This document shows positions 13,001 through 25,129 of a stretch of 64,000 nt of DNA, piece after piece. A program made the position numbers and the translations under genes. The stretch comes from Azolla caroliniana. Its lineage: Eukaryota > Plantae > Polypodiophyta. The notes under the pieces are model-generated. The model saw only the letters and a list, made by a program, of their open reading frames with translations. It did not search any database and had not been told where the DNA came from. Position 1 is the first letter of the stretch; each line of letters begins with the position of its first letter. The DNA is taken from positions 2,790,001-2,854,000 of the forward strand of contig JBHGNT010000010.1 in the NCBI GenBank assembly GCA_043228905.1. The letters run 5' to 3'.

Positions 13001-14145
13001 ACCTCCGGAACGTGACGGACATCCTTCAGCAGCATTTTGCATCCGGTCGGGGTTGTCAACCACACGTCTCCGATGCCGGCAATCCGGCACGTACCTTCAT
13101 TTCCCATCCGAACACAGCCATGCTCGCCGGCTGTGTAGGATGAAAAGTATCTTCTCTCCGGGGTCAGGTGGAACGACGCTCCGGAATCGACCACCCAGGT
13201 CGTCTCATCGCCGGCAATGTTTAGTTCACCTTCTTCGGTGATGAGCATGATCTCCTCTTCACTTGCCGCGAGTGCCGTCGTTCCTTTCCGGTCCTGCCCT
13301 CGCCGATCCGGACCTCTCCGGTCCGTGGCTCCCCGGTATGCACCGTTTCTCTCCGGTGACTTCTTCGAATCGGTGTCGTCGGCTCCGTTGTCCTTTCGGT
13401 AATGCCGACAATTCTTCCGAAAGTGCCCTGGCTTCCCACAGTGGAAGCATGTGGGTCTTCCTCTTGACTGCGACCGGGTCCCCGACTTCTCCCGTCTTTG
13501 CGGACTCCGGTTCCATTGTCTTCCCCGATCCGATTCGGTAAACAACATCTTCGGGTCGGAGGCCGGTTCCTTATCTCTCCGACGCGCTTCTTCATTCAGA
13601 ATACTTGTCTTTACCGTTTGTAAGGACAAGTTATCTTCGGTGCACGAGGTGCTGAGAGTCACCACCAAGTTCTCCCAGCTTTCCGGCAATGTACACATCA
13701 GGATGATGGCTTGCATTGCATCCTCCAACGGGAACTTGATCGCCGCAAGCTGATTCACGAATCCCATGAACGTGCTTACGTGTTCCACCATACTCTCGCC
13801 GTCCCGGTACTTGAGATTCACTATCTTCCTCATCAGGGAGGTCCGGTTCAACGCATTCTTCCTCTCGTAGAGGCCCGACAGCTTCTTCCACATCTCATAT
13901 GCGTTGGTGTCGTTTGCCACATGTTGTAGGACGCTCACGTCGACGTATTGTCGGATCGTCGCTACGGCTTTCCGGTTCAGGAGCTTCCACTCCGACTCAA
14001 GTACCCCTTTCGGTATTTCCGACCTGTCAATCGGTTCGTACAGGTCCCGAACAATCAGAAGGTCCTCCATCTTGATCTTCCAGTCGGCGTAATTCTGTGC
14101 ATTCAGCACCATCATCATCGGCTGCCCGCTGCCGCCGCCTTCCAT
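10069..14145 (-). CDS. Intact copia Gag-Pol polyprotein (~1358 aa from ATG 14145)
   Basis: CCHC knuckle CFHCGKPGHFRKNC, protease DSGA, integrase HKRLCH/CTDC/DNGGEY, RT YVDDML, RNase H DSD/CDSQSA. No stops. Confidence 0.95.
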   Translation of the reverse strand: MEGGGSGQPMMMVLNAQNYADWKIKMEDLLIVRDLYEPIDRSEIPKGVLESEWKLLNRKAVATIRQYVDVSVLQHVANDTNAYEMWKKLSGLYERKNALNRTSLMRKIVNLKYRDGESMVEHVSTFMGFVNQLAAIKFPLEDAMQAIILMCTLPESWENLVVTLSTSCTEDNLSLQTVKTSILNEEARRRDKEPASDPKMLFTESDRGRQWNRSPQRREKSGTRSQSRGRPTCFHCGKPGHFRKNCRHYRKDNGADDTDSKKSPERNGAYRGATDRRGPDRRGQDRKGTTALAASEEEIMLITEEGELNIAGDETTWVVDSGASFHLTPERRYFSSYTAGEHGCVRMGNEGTCRIAGIGDVWLTTPTGCKMLLKDVRHVPEVRLNLISAGRLDDEGYTGSIRNGVMKFSKGSLIVARARKVNTLYLMNARLCSEELNVAADTAGELWHKRLCHMSEKGMKRLAEDNLIPVKHVHLEKCTDCLAGKQNRTSFHSRPPTRRSAPLELVHTDVCQVETKSHGGAQYFVTFIDDHSRKLWTAPMKTKDQVLCVFKELHARVERESGKKLKAIRADNGGEYRGQFQEYCRSKGIRLEFIVPKTPELNELAERMNRTIMERVRSMLAHAKLPKGFWAEAMSTATYVINRSPSVPLDGDTPQKVWTGKEVSYRHLKVFGCLAYVHVAKDRRGKLDPKTRPCIFLGYGDDEFGYRVWDPVDKKIFRSRDIIFMEDKTLADWESEKKVKSSESTGEDQLYEEQSRPARDRLALEDPAEDGEETEPAEEDENDTGTGPDPEMDSDEEEESEEPVTEASERRYPLRERRAPRRFPEPEHVLLTDEGEPESFEEAKHDTQSRRWLSAMQDEMDSLHENHTYELVELPKGKRALRNKWVFKLKPGDAENPPRYKARIVVKGFQQKKGVDFDEIFAPVVKMTSIRTVLSIAASMDLEVEQMDVKTAFLHGDLEEEIYMQQPEGFEKKGKEHLVCRLKKSLYGLKQAPRQWYRKFDSFMTDEGYLKTQSDHCVFVKKFEGGDSLILLLYVDDMLIVGRDQVKIRMLKKALHRTFSMKDLGPARQILGMHIIRDRKKKQLWLSQEKYVTKVLHRFNMSEARPVGSTLPANCKLSSKQSPKTKAEKEDMMKVPYASAVGSLMYAMVCTRPDIGYAVGVVSRYMSNPGKEHWNAAKWILRYLKGTANVCLRFGSGKPELDGFTDSDMSADADTSRSTSGYVMTYAGGAVSWQSRLQKTVALSTTEAEYMAVVEAGKEIIWMKDFIRELGIRQEEYRLYCDSQSAIHLAKNAAYHSRTKHIQRRYHWIRERIEDKEFVLTKIHTDENGSDMLTKVLTPDKLEACRKRIGLERHPMPK

Positions 14146-14174
14146 TTTCTGCAACAGTCGCTCTGATACCAGTT

Positions 14175-14672
14175 TGTTGAGAATCAACACTTGGATTCAC
14201 CTTCACCGCTCGGCCACAACCGAGTAATCGCGGATCAATGCAGCAGAAAAATAGGAAATACAGAGAAAGACGCGATACACAGGAATTAACGTGGAAAACC
14301 CTATACGGGAAAAACCACGGGAGTGCGAGACTCCAAACCAAACTATGCACAGAGAAATATACAATGGCGAGCTGCAAGGCAACGACCTTGAGCTCGCTGT
14401 CCTCGCCACAGGCGGCGGAAATACACAGAGGCGTCTACCTCTTCGTCTCTCTCGCGCTCTATCTCTCTCTCTCTCGGCTGCTCCCTCTTCACTCAAGGGG
14501 TCTTCAGCATCCGGTTCCGGAGCCGGGGTCTTCATCATCCGGATCCGTATCCGGGTACTCTTCATCCGGCTTCATGCCGGGTACTCTTCATCATCCGGTT
14601 CCGTAACCGCAACCGGGCTTGCCGTCATTTATCCCCGGGGACATCCCATCCGGAGGGACCGAAATCCCAACA
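14175..14672 (-). repeat. 5' LTR (498 bp, internally deleted)
   Basis: Nearly identical to 9376-10058 but lacks the segment equivalent to 9696-9882. Confidence 0.93.
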
Positions 14673-16874
14673 AAAGATTAGTAGTCACTTGTAAAATTAA
14701 ACAACATTTGACCTTGTAAACACCAATCAATCCATAGTTACTCTTTGTTTGTAAATGTAAAGGACCTTGCATCAATGCAATATTTTGTAGTTATTGCAAG
14801 ATAACCCATAATTGGGTTGGACACGTAATAATTGTCACGCTTTATCAAAATCTAAAATTCTTTGAGATGGAGCCTAAACTATATCTCCCACCTCTTCAAC
14901 CCTCGTTGACCCCCAAATGAAACAAGTGATTAAACTGAGAGTGCAATCTCTCCTTTCCAAGCCAACATAATAATCGAGAAGACACACGTTTAACTCTTTT
15001 TGCAAAGAATTACAATTCTCTCTATTTGATGATAGTTTCCATACACATAACAAAAGCGTTTCTTGCCATGAGACAACCAAGTGTTGAACACATGAAGAGT
15101 CGTGAATCTTAAATGAAATACATCCATTAAGTAGTTTCCACCATGACGCCTTAATCGTTGTCCTCCCATGTGTTGAACCCTTGTTCTCAATGAAATATTG
15201 AACAATAGATAAATTTAATGGACCGTTCTGAGTTTGAAGAAATGTCTTGCAATAGTGAAAATCTATGAACCAGCATATGCATAGATAAGTCCCATATTCC
15301 AGGTCTCCCCAATCGCTTAGGGGTTGCATGATGATTCCATGCAATCCATGTGATTCCCCATCTTATCCCTCTTTCTGCACAACAAATATTGAAGAGGTTG
15401 CAAAACATAATGCAAAACTGTCTTTGTCCATGGCAACAATGACAAGTAATATCATGGGTTTCATAATACATCATAGAAGCTTGCAATGACCAAGATTGTG
15501 ACTTCCAATAAATGAACTTTTCTTTAACTTACTAGACATTCATTCAATTAATTGACCATTCGTAACATTCATTCCCAATGGATACCCCAAGTGTCGAAAA
15601 ATAGAGTCTCTCCTAATCATGGATCCTTGTCATCCTAAACATTCCAAATTGCTTGTAATACATTATATGAGACTAGACTTCCTCCAATTTAATATGTAAT
15701 CTAGAAGCCAATGCAAATTTGGTTCCATATAAGCATCCCCTTCTCAAGATTGTCACGTGAAGCTCGTGGAAATATGAAAGAATCGTATGCCAAAGCATGT
15801 ACTGCTAGTTGCCCTCCAGATAGAAGGTGTAGACCCACAATGACACACCATTAATTGCAAGGTTTGATAACATCATTAACAAGGGATGAGTAACAATAGC
15901 AAACAAGAATGGGCTAAGTGGGCATCCTTGACCAACGGATCTTGTGAGGGCAATATATGATGTAATTCTCCCATTAAACATTACTCTAGACACTTCATCT
16001 TGTCCTAATAAAAATATGAGGCGAGACATATGTGGTCCTCCACCTTTCTCTAATATTTCATCTTCATAATCATAACTCATTGTTCGATGCTAAAGAAAAC
16101 TTGATGTTGAAAAGAAGACACGAAAAAATAGGCAAATATACAGAAATGCAAAAACCAAACCATTTTTCATTAGTTGAGAAATAAGGCATATATAGCCTAC
16201 TATTGCAACCAAATCCATGTGTAAATTATGTGGCGTTTTTTGGTGTTCACAAAAAGTAGGAATAAAACTAAAATAAAAAGTGAAAAAGACATACTAATCT
16301 ACCTCAAATGACTCATGAGACTTCCTCATTCTAATCACAATATTGTGATCAAGAGTGATGATCTTCCCTCCCCACTAATTATTTTAGTTTGTTTATGGAG
16401 TATGCATCTCGTTTGTGCATATGCCACCCTTCCCTAACATCAAAACCTAGTATCCATCGAAACTTTTCAAGCCAACAAGCCAATCCCTCTTCAACCATAT
16501 TTTGAGGTTTCCAAGACCCTATTAAAAAATAAAGGATCAAAGTCTTGAGAGTTATGAAAACATATTGTTTGGAATAATTTGAAGTTGTTAATAATACAAA
16601 AATTGATGAACATTTCCATTGGATACAATTACACTAGTTGGGAGTAATCGTCCGAGACTTTAAAAGAATTATTTAATCTGTGGTGAGTGAGAGAGAACTT
16701 GTTGCTAATGGACCACAACATCGATCAAAAGTAATAATATAACAATGATTCCATGACATGCATTAAAGCATACATATTTTAATTTAATTTGCGATTGAAA
16801 TGGAACATTATACACTTCTAGTGCCTCTCTCATTCTCCATGTCATCATATCATTAGTGCCTCAAATCAAGGTAT

Positions 16875-19090
16875 TCATCGTAATTTCACAAAACGTCGCA
16901 ATAACTCTTGCCTGCATTTTTGTTTTCATTAACAAGCATTAGTAGAGTCATATAGAATATAACAAAAACAAAACTTCAGATTTTATTCACAACAAAAAGC
17001 ATCCCCACCTAAGATGTAGTCGATCTAGCGCGGTGTTTCTTACTACTCCTCGATTTTCTTCTGCTCGCCTGATGAGGTAAGGCACAACTCGAGCAATAGG
17101 TCCGAATGCCAAGTACTTGCTAACCCGAAATCCGGCACGAACCAAAGATAAAGATAACCCATCCGCCATCCCTTTTATTTGTCCAAATTGCAAACGTGGA
17201 TCCCTGTTCACAAGACCCAACTCCATTGCTTTGTTGGCTGCTACCTTTCCTATAGGGTTAAAAGAATGTTATTGGAAGCTTATAAATCTCTTCCGATATA
17301 AGATACACACATGCATATGTGTAAGACTCTTCATCTCTTTTTTGTAAGTTTAAAAAAATATGCGAACTTGGAAAGAGTGCTACAATTAATTTTGTGTTTT
17401 GCCTCTTTAACATGGTTTTTTTTTCATACTAATAGAGCCATGGGTAAGCCAAAAGGACTCCATGGAATCTAATCCTTGTCATCATTTTTTTCTAACAAAA
17501 TGTTAAAGAGTTCCATTTTCTCGATATTTACTCTTCATTTGCAACTAGCAAATGAATTTTGAAATTTACGATTCATCAAACATATAACACTTGTAATTCA
17601 TTGAGACATCATTAACCCTATAACAAAAACATAGCACAAAAGTCATCCAAAAACTATCATTTTTTTAGTACCCGACTCCATGTTATGTGTTGCCAATACC
17701 ACACGCCCTTTGTTGGCCAGTGCGCTTTCGAGGAGGAAAGAGGCGCTCTTATCATAACACTTGTGTGTATCTTGAATGCAAGCATGGATAGGAGAGGGCA
17801 ATCCGAGAGCTGAGGCAAGGGCAGTCTCTCGAACTATATAAGCACCTCGAACAAGCTTTATCCCCAAAGGCACATTTCTTTTCGCAGCTTCATCCATTGC
17901 AAGCTTGATCCGTGCGAACGAATCCTTTAGATACGCCTGCACCGTGCCATAGACCAATGTCCCTCCATCACCATGAGCATTGAAAGCAAGAGACGCCTTA
18001 TACGTCAAGTAGTCTATGGCAGGTTGAACCGTCAGATATTCGGCATCGACAAGAAGAGGGACGCCGACATTCCGAGACTCTTCACAAAGTTGCCATAGCC
18101 GATGCTCTGCCAAGGACAAGGATTTCTCTTCATCGGGTGTTAACGGCATGGGTTGATCCTTGGTATCGAACAACATGTGGCTTTCGGGTGCCAAGATGGG
18201 TAAAGTGTCACCTTGCCAATCCAACTGGAACTTGGGGTGGATGTGCTTCCATCGGAGGAGGGTACTAACGCGTTCGAGAAGGGGGACGGGGCATATGGCC
18301 GTGATCTTAACACATGCAAAGCTCACCTACAAAAAGGGCACAACCCCCCACCGAAAACCCATGTAAACAAGCAAGTTCCCACACTCTGGTGGTCAGATAG
18401 GACATTATATGTGGGACTCCGTAGGACATTATGTACACGTGGGGCTCTGAGATCCCCAATGCCTAGATAGATCTAGCTACCAATATATTAAATATGCAAA
18501 AAAACAGGAAAAAAGAAGAACAAACGCCTAGTAGCATGGGTAGCATGGGACCGAGAGGAAACATACATAATATGCAAAAAAACAACGAAAAACGAAGAAG
18601 AACAAATGCATAGTAGTATCGGACCGTGACGATCGACATGTACATAATATATGCAAAGAAAACTACTTACTGATTCGTCGGGTAGCTCCCGGGTCTGTCG
18701 AATCGTGTCCAAGAAGACATGGAGATTGGCATCACAGGAGGCGTCATCGGGCGAGTCTTCGAGCGCGAAATTGAGGATGCCTTGGAGGCCGAGGCGGTGC
18801 CAGAGGCGGGAGAGGGTGGCCGAGGCCTCCGAGAGGTCCTCTCCAGCACAGAAGTGAGAGAAGGGCAAGGCGCGGATCGCCCGGAATACGGGCGCCCGCA
18901 CCAACGGGTGGCCCATAATCCTCGGGGACCCGAGAACACGGGTCGCGAGATCTATGACAGAATCGGAATCTAGAAGGTGCAGATTCACTAGGCTGTGGAG
19001 GATCTCCCCCGTCGTGAGGCCCGAGTAAAGGGACGAATGCGGATCGTCTCGCGGTGCCATACCTACTTTCTTCTCTATAGCTGAATCCAT
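16875..19090 (-). CDS. ProDH: Proline dehydrogenase (proline oxidase), 4 exons: 19090-18671, 18326-17672, 17249-17009, 16911-16875 (~450 aa)
   Basis: Motifs HFCAGED, VKITAICP, LLVDAEY..VQPAID, GTVQAYLKDS, GIKLVRGAY, LATHN, QIKGMAD, VSKYLAFG, PYLIRRAEENRG, ELLRR. All introns are GT-AG and phase-compatible. Confidence 0.93.
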
Positions 19091-19190
19091 ACACGGATCA
19101 ATTTTACGCTTCCTCTTTCATCCACTTCTTCTTCTTCTTTTCTTCTTCAGCCTTTGACAGCCTTCAGCCTTCACTTTGGATCAGTCCTCT

Positions 19191-19551
19191 CATTCATTCA
19201 TTCATTCATTCATTCATTCTTCCTTCCTTCCTTCCTTCCTTCCTTCTTCTGCTCCTCCTTCCATGGACCATAGCTGTCATTGTCTTGATGCATGCACCAT
19301 GACAAGTTCTGCATGATTCCTTTTCCTATTCTTTTTTGTTTTCCTGGTTGTTAAATTAAGGAGATGCCAAAGTCATCAGAAGTTGATCCACGTGGCATGC
19401 ATCCATCCTCCAGCATAAAAATATATTATTACATACATTCATTCATTCATTCATGCATACATACATACATACATACATTACATACATACATACATACATA
19501 CATACATTACATGCATGCATGCATGCATACATACATACCTACATACATACA
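19191..19551. repeat. Microsatellite cluster upstream of ProDH: (CATT)n, (CCTT)n, (CATA)n, (CATG)n
   Basis: Directly visible simple repeats. Confidence 0.85.
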
Positions 19552-22500
19552 TTGCTACCCTTGCAAAACCAATCCTACAATGTGAATTCATCCCCTCATT
19601 CTATCATCTATCTTTTGTCGCATCATCAGCTCCGTGCAAAACATGTTTTGTCATTGCTTAGTTAAAAATTTGTGTGAGATGTTATCTCATCCACTCAATA
19701 TCACGACCTTTTTTCCATATATATATATATTTTATAGTAATTACCTTACCCTAGTGGTAAGTTTTCCATATTTTAATCGCCTCCTTCTTTTGTTCTTTGT
19801 ACCTAAACAATCCTTTTTGAGTTTTCTGAAAGTACCTCCAAAATGTTGTGCAACTCTTACAAGTTACAACACCTTCTAGACATAAGAGAATGTATACAAA
19901 TTTACCTAATATTCTTCAAGTTTCAATGCATTCACACCCAAGCAATCAAGTCTCTTTCACTTACCAACCAAAAGGCAAATGATACTATTACAATGCTCAT
20001 GCAATCTAAAAATATATACACGGTTTTGCGTTCAAACACAAATGGCTTGTTGACTTTATGGTTACTGGCCACAATGCAATAATTTTAGCGATATACTTTG
20101 TGGGAACTAGCGAAATATACTACCCAATTCAATACAACAAAGCCCATTGCCTGACCCCTTTATTTCATAATTGCACCATTTGCCATTCTCTCTCATATAT
20201 ACCTAATCGTGTTAAGTTTAGTTGTTTTATTTAATGCTCTTGTACTATGTTGATAAATATTAATGGATGACATTTATACGTTATTTCTTGTAACTACTCA
20301 TTTAATAGATATCATTATCGGATCCACTCTTTTTCATAGATGCTCATGCCAACAATACACGTATCCCGTTTTTACTCAACCATTCAGATTTCCTAAATTT
20401 CATTCCCTCCCTAACTTCCCAAGCCATTTGCATATGCTTAGGGCAATGATTTTCTCATAAAAAAAGTGTTTCCTGCTCAATATTACTTTCCATTGACGTT
20501 GTAGTTAGTATGCTCAAGAAACTCTACAAACCAGTGTTGGACAATAATAGTTCGATTGTGGATATGAATAGATAGATATTTTATCGTCCATGATGAGGCC
20601 AAATTTGACCTATGAGACCAAATTGACATATCATCTTGGTCCCATAGGTACTACTATGAAGGGGGGATACTACTGTGTCATAAAAACTCTTCATGTGAAA
20701 ATCATGGACTAGCAATTCATCACAAGTACAAGTAAGAAGAATTACAATCAAGGTATGGTTCAAAGCCCTACATGTGAGTAGGGTCTCCCCATCCATGTTC
20801 GAGTCTGACGAATTAATTAAGCAAAACATAAGGAATTATAGACCAAAGAAACGAAAGAGGGGTACCAAACCACTAGATCGCCCCCTAGAAACAGTGTGAG
20901 ATGCATTTTAACCTCCTTGATGTCCCATACCATCGAGGGTTGATGTAATTCACACCTCGGGTCCTATGAGGATTGCACAGTCTTAGTTAATAAGAGCCAT
21001 AGCCACTGTGTCATCGTCTCAACATAAGTCAAGCCTCCTTGATAAGAAGATAGCGACCCTTCTTATATAGGCATAAACCATAGGCCCTAGTGTGGTCACA
21101 CTTGAGTACTTTATGCGAAGTTGTCAAGTGTTATCACCGTACTTAATAGTTATCCGACACCATAGAAATTGAATATTTCAATTCATGACCTCAATTAACC
21201 CTCACGTCCTCATCATAAGATTAGGAAAAAACTACGGATAAGGTATCTCATGATTAGTTATGGTTATGCATGTAACAATCCATCATTAACATGTGTGGGT
21301 ATGTATGATATTTAGGGAGGATAATGCTCCATAGTCCCCATCATGTAAATCTCAGCTACGAAACTAATTGCATAGTCCACCCCAACATGATAATATCGAG
21401 ATATTGACATCTTATTCTAATACATTTATGCATTAGTGTATAGTATGAATCATTTAATATAAATGAAGCATTGAGTCCATAGGTATGATTGTATGTGAAT
21501 AATTTATAATAAATGACTCTATGAGTCCATATGTATGATTGCAAAAAACATCATTAATTCTTTCTCAAGTTATGTAGTAAATACCAAAAATGAGTTGGTA
21601 CTATGATTGGTTTTGTTGAATATTGAAGTGAGACACTTGTACAGTCTTAAAATTTGTGAGTATTTCAATCTTCACTTGTTTTGAATTTGTCCATTTTGAT
21701 GTAATGCGTCGGAATGTCCAACCGAACATGAAACACTAGTAATAAGTGTAATATAATTCACTACAAGAGTTCATGTTCTAAGCAAAAACATCGGCAAGGC
21801 TAATAAAGCTAGGTTCCTATTATGAGTTCCTCTATGTAAAATAGTATAATAATGAAGTTACCAAGATAAAAATTGAAAAGTGTTGGAATGGTTTAGTGTG
21901 CTTAGGTTCGAACTTCTGTGGGTGTCAAAGTTCATTATAACCACCAATCATTAAAAGAGCATGAGACAAGCCATCTTTGTAGTAGTAGACAAAAATATAA
22001 GCAACATGTGACTTTGAGACATAGATAACATGTGACTTTGAAACTATGTAATGTTTGAATCTCGAAATTTTGTTAGTGATAAACTCCAAGGTTTGACTTT
22101 ACCTCACACAGAAGAAGACATATAAATCCTATATGACCTTATCTCTTCCTACGCCATAATTTATTTTTAATAAAATAAAATCACTTTGGAAAAATATTTA
22201 ATAATTTCAACGTTTCTAATATTGCAGTTCATATCCAAGAATGACAACTCAATGAGTTATTTACTAGTAAATTCTAATAGGAAAAATGTGAGTAGTAAAA
22301 GAAATTGATGGGGCTCATTATAAAGCCTAATGGTACATTGTTGAAATATTCATCCAACCTCAATGCTCTCAAATGTTAGCATCTGCCTCGATTTTTGCGC
22401 TACCAATTGGGCAATCCTACATAATTACTTCTCTCGACACCAAAGATGTCTTCAAGTCATACAAAATATTCGTCTTAAAATTTGAGGAATCGTTTCATTT

Positions 22501-23324
22501 TATAGTCACGAGCATGTTTGATGTAAAATATACTAGTAATGTTTCTACAATACTGCTATACAAGTCAATAATTGATACAAGACAAGTGTTGATACAAAAA
22601 AACATAATGCTTGATACAATACCTCGATCCATGCTTAATCAAAGGGCGAGAGTTGATACAAGACAAGAAAATGATTGATACAATACCTTTGATACAATGC
22701 TTTAATCAAGGCATGGAGTCATACGAGACAAGATCATGCTTGTTACTATATGTTGATACAAGGCAAAAAATTGATACAAGAAAAGACAATGCTTGATGTG
22801 ATTGATGACGACTATAACTTGAAACAAGCAACGGAACTAAAGGCGCTATATTGTAAACCTTCCAAGAATATTTAATGGTTTATATCCCTAGAGTACTATT
22901 TGTACTATGCGCAAGGAGGTTAACATTGCGAAGGTTGAACCTTGAAAGTCAATGCCTCTTGAAGGCACTAGTCAAAGAGATCTAAAAATAATCTAGAAAG
23001 AATCATTCACACAAAGATCTAAGAATAATCTAGAAAAGAAACATTCATGCGGATGACACCATCTTTTCCTTGCAAACACATTTGTCCATGGTTCGATGAA
23101 CCTATATCCATATTCAGGGAACTATTTATGTAGAATTACTCGATTAATTAAATAGGTCTACAGTCAAACATGTGTTGGAAGCCACTTCATGTTCACCAAC
23201 TTGTATTAAATAAAGGCACGCCAATTTGAAAATAGTGCAAAGCAAGCTTAGAAGATTTACATCACCTGATGTTTGCAACAATATTCTAGCATAGACGGTA
23301 CTTTCGGCAACAGATTGCAAAGCC

Positions 23325-23408
23325 TAAACTTGAGCTTTTTCTAACATTTGATAAGGTATTAATTACCTAAACTTGAGCTTTTTCTAACATTTGACAAGGT
23401 ATTAATTA
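23325..23408. repeat. 42-bp tandem duplication
   Basis: cctaaacttgagctttttctaacatttga(t/c)aaggtattaatta occurs twice. Confidence 0.85.
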
Positions 23409-24879
23409 TCATGAGATGACAAGCCTAGCCACACTAGCCAATGGCCATGTTTTGCCTTTGATTTCTCTCTTTTTTCTTTTTATAAAAAAAGGACTCCTTC
23501 CATTAGTTATAAAATTTTACAAATTTGAGGATTACTGTAAGGACCGGATAGTTCCATATTATGTGGATGCCCACTAACTCAAGAAAGGGAGAGGACGACC
23601 ATTGTTGGATGAAGGCTATTTGTTGTTTTTCAACTCCATCAAAGCCGCCCTTGAGGCCATCATATAACCACGTCAAAACATTACAAGCCTTGCGTGAGGG
23701 TACCTCTGGGGATGGAGAAACCTAAAAACATATTTTCTTTCAGACTCACATGTCCCACCTTTCTAGAACACTTTGTAAGTTAGTGGGATCGATCACGTTG
23801 TCCAAATAGAAAAAAGAAGAGAGAAAGGAAAAAGGTGGCCAAAGATGCTGGGGGAAAGTCAAAAGCAAGAAAACCAAATAGACAAGACAGATCAGCAATG
23901 CCTTTCATTTTTCTTATATTTCTTGCAACCACCAAGGTTTCACACATGTATATGTATGTATGTGTAATGTCACTGTACATGTACATGTACATGTACATGT
24001 ATGTGACTGATGATGTACACATACATATACGTGTATCCGATTTGTGCATGTGCATGTGCATGTATGTTCGTATGGAGCAGATTGCAGCTATTTGTGAAAC
24101 AAAACAGTAGCGACGACATAAACATGGAAATGAAAAACTATGAAGAACAGCTATTTGATTCTTCTGTGTAAAAAGTGTAATATCTATGTACGTGTGAGAT
24201 GAAGACAAAAAGATTCATGTAGACAAAAGAGGATGGATCCAAGACCGCGTATAGCATCATGCCGACTTTGTTGTTCACAGGTAGCAAAAGGTAAAACATT
24301 TCTATCAATTTACTTCAATGCATTGCAATGAAATGAAGACGAATCCTTTTCAAATGCCAACGAATTGAAGCGAGTAAAGCTTTTCTACAAAACAACAGCT
24401 AAAAAATGAATATTGTTTGAATTGAAATGTTAAAAACAGACTTAAAGAATGCAGCAGTGATTACACATCTAACAGAAAGAGGAAGCGAGTGGAGAGCGAT
24501 TAGAACACATGGGAAAGATCAATAGTTGCAATGATGAGTTAACAGCTACAAACTTGAGAAAATCAAAACAGTTTGAATGTTCTTAACAGCATTCGGTATT
24601 CATCTTGTGTTGTCCATCGTAATATATAACTATAAGAAATACGCTATATTACATCCATAATGAATTTATGAAGGAAGAGTCGAAACAAAAAGACGCTTCT
24701 CTCCCAGGAAAAAAAGAAACGTTTATTCTTTTTACACCTGAGGACAAGAAGGGGAAGAGGCAGTGATTACACAAACCTACATCTAACAATATCATCCACT
24801 TAAACCTTAGCTTTCTTTCTCAGAGGTGATGCAAGAAGAAACGATTTCTTGAAAAATCTTTACAGTAGCTTCAAGAGAT

Positions 24880-25088
24880 CTAGCAAGAATCAGCACAGAC
24901 GTAGTCTGTATGAACAACCCCTTGTGTCGTAGTCCTTTCTTCAGTTCTGAGCATTTTTCTTCTTCTGCTATGCAATAAATTTACATTGATTCTTATCTGA
25001 TCAGAAACGTCTTGAATATGTGCAGGAACAAAAGGCATATCGTCCTTATCCTGCAAGGAGACGTAACAATGAAAAGGGAGAACATTTG

Positions 25089-25129
<41 letters not shown>

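Larger units (their letters stand above)
9376..14672 (-). mobile_element. Full-length Ty1/copia LTR retrotransposon (Tork/Tnt1-like)
   Basis: LTRs TGTTG...CAACA at 9376-10058 and 14175-14672; TSD AAAGA on both sides; PBS TGGTATCAGAGCG (Met-i) 14159-14171; PPT 10059-10070. Confidence 0.97.
8676..16020 (-). mobile_element. Degenerate L1-like LINE ORF2 (RT to zf-RVT), split by a copia insertion
   Basis: RT motif GQGCPLSPFLFAIV at ~15900 and C-terminal FLRYWGL..W..RNA at 8755-8982. The halves rejoin across TSD AAAGA. The 3' end abuts (CT)n at ~8656-8674. Confidence 0.75.

Noticed and set aside
14146-14190. ORF-track start of Gag-Pol at 14190
   Set aside because: It is a TTG within the LTR, upstream of the PBS; the first ATG after the PBS is 14145.
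10079-14719. Many overlapping short ORFs within the copia and its LTRs (likewise 50062-60524)
   Set aside because: Alternative-frame and antisense artefacts of GC-rich retroelement sequence.
22570-22800. Repeated TTGATACAA motifs
   Set aside because: Probably subrepeats of a decayed TE; no termini, TSD or coding support could be defined.
23780-24208. 142-aa and 91-aa ORFs; similar ones at 19364-19665 and 25872-26171
   Set aside because: Translations of (TACATG)n/(CATA)n microsatellites with no protein-like features.
24752-24765. 14-nt match to the miR408 complement (GGGAAGAGGCAGTG)
   Set aside because: It is in the wrong orientation to be a target in the minus-strand peptide transcript, the ends mismatch, and there is no convincing precursor hairpin.
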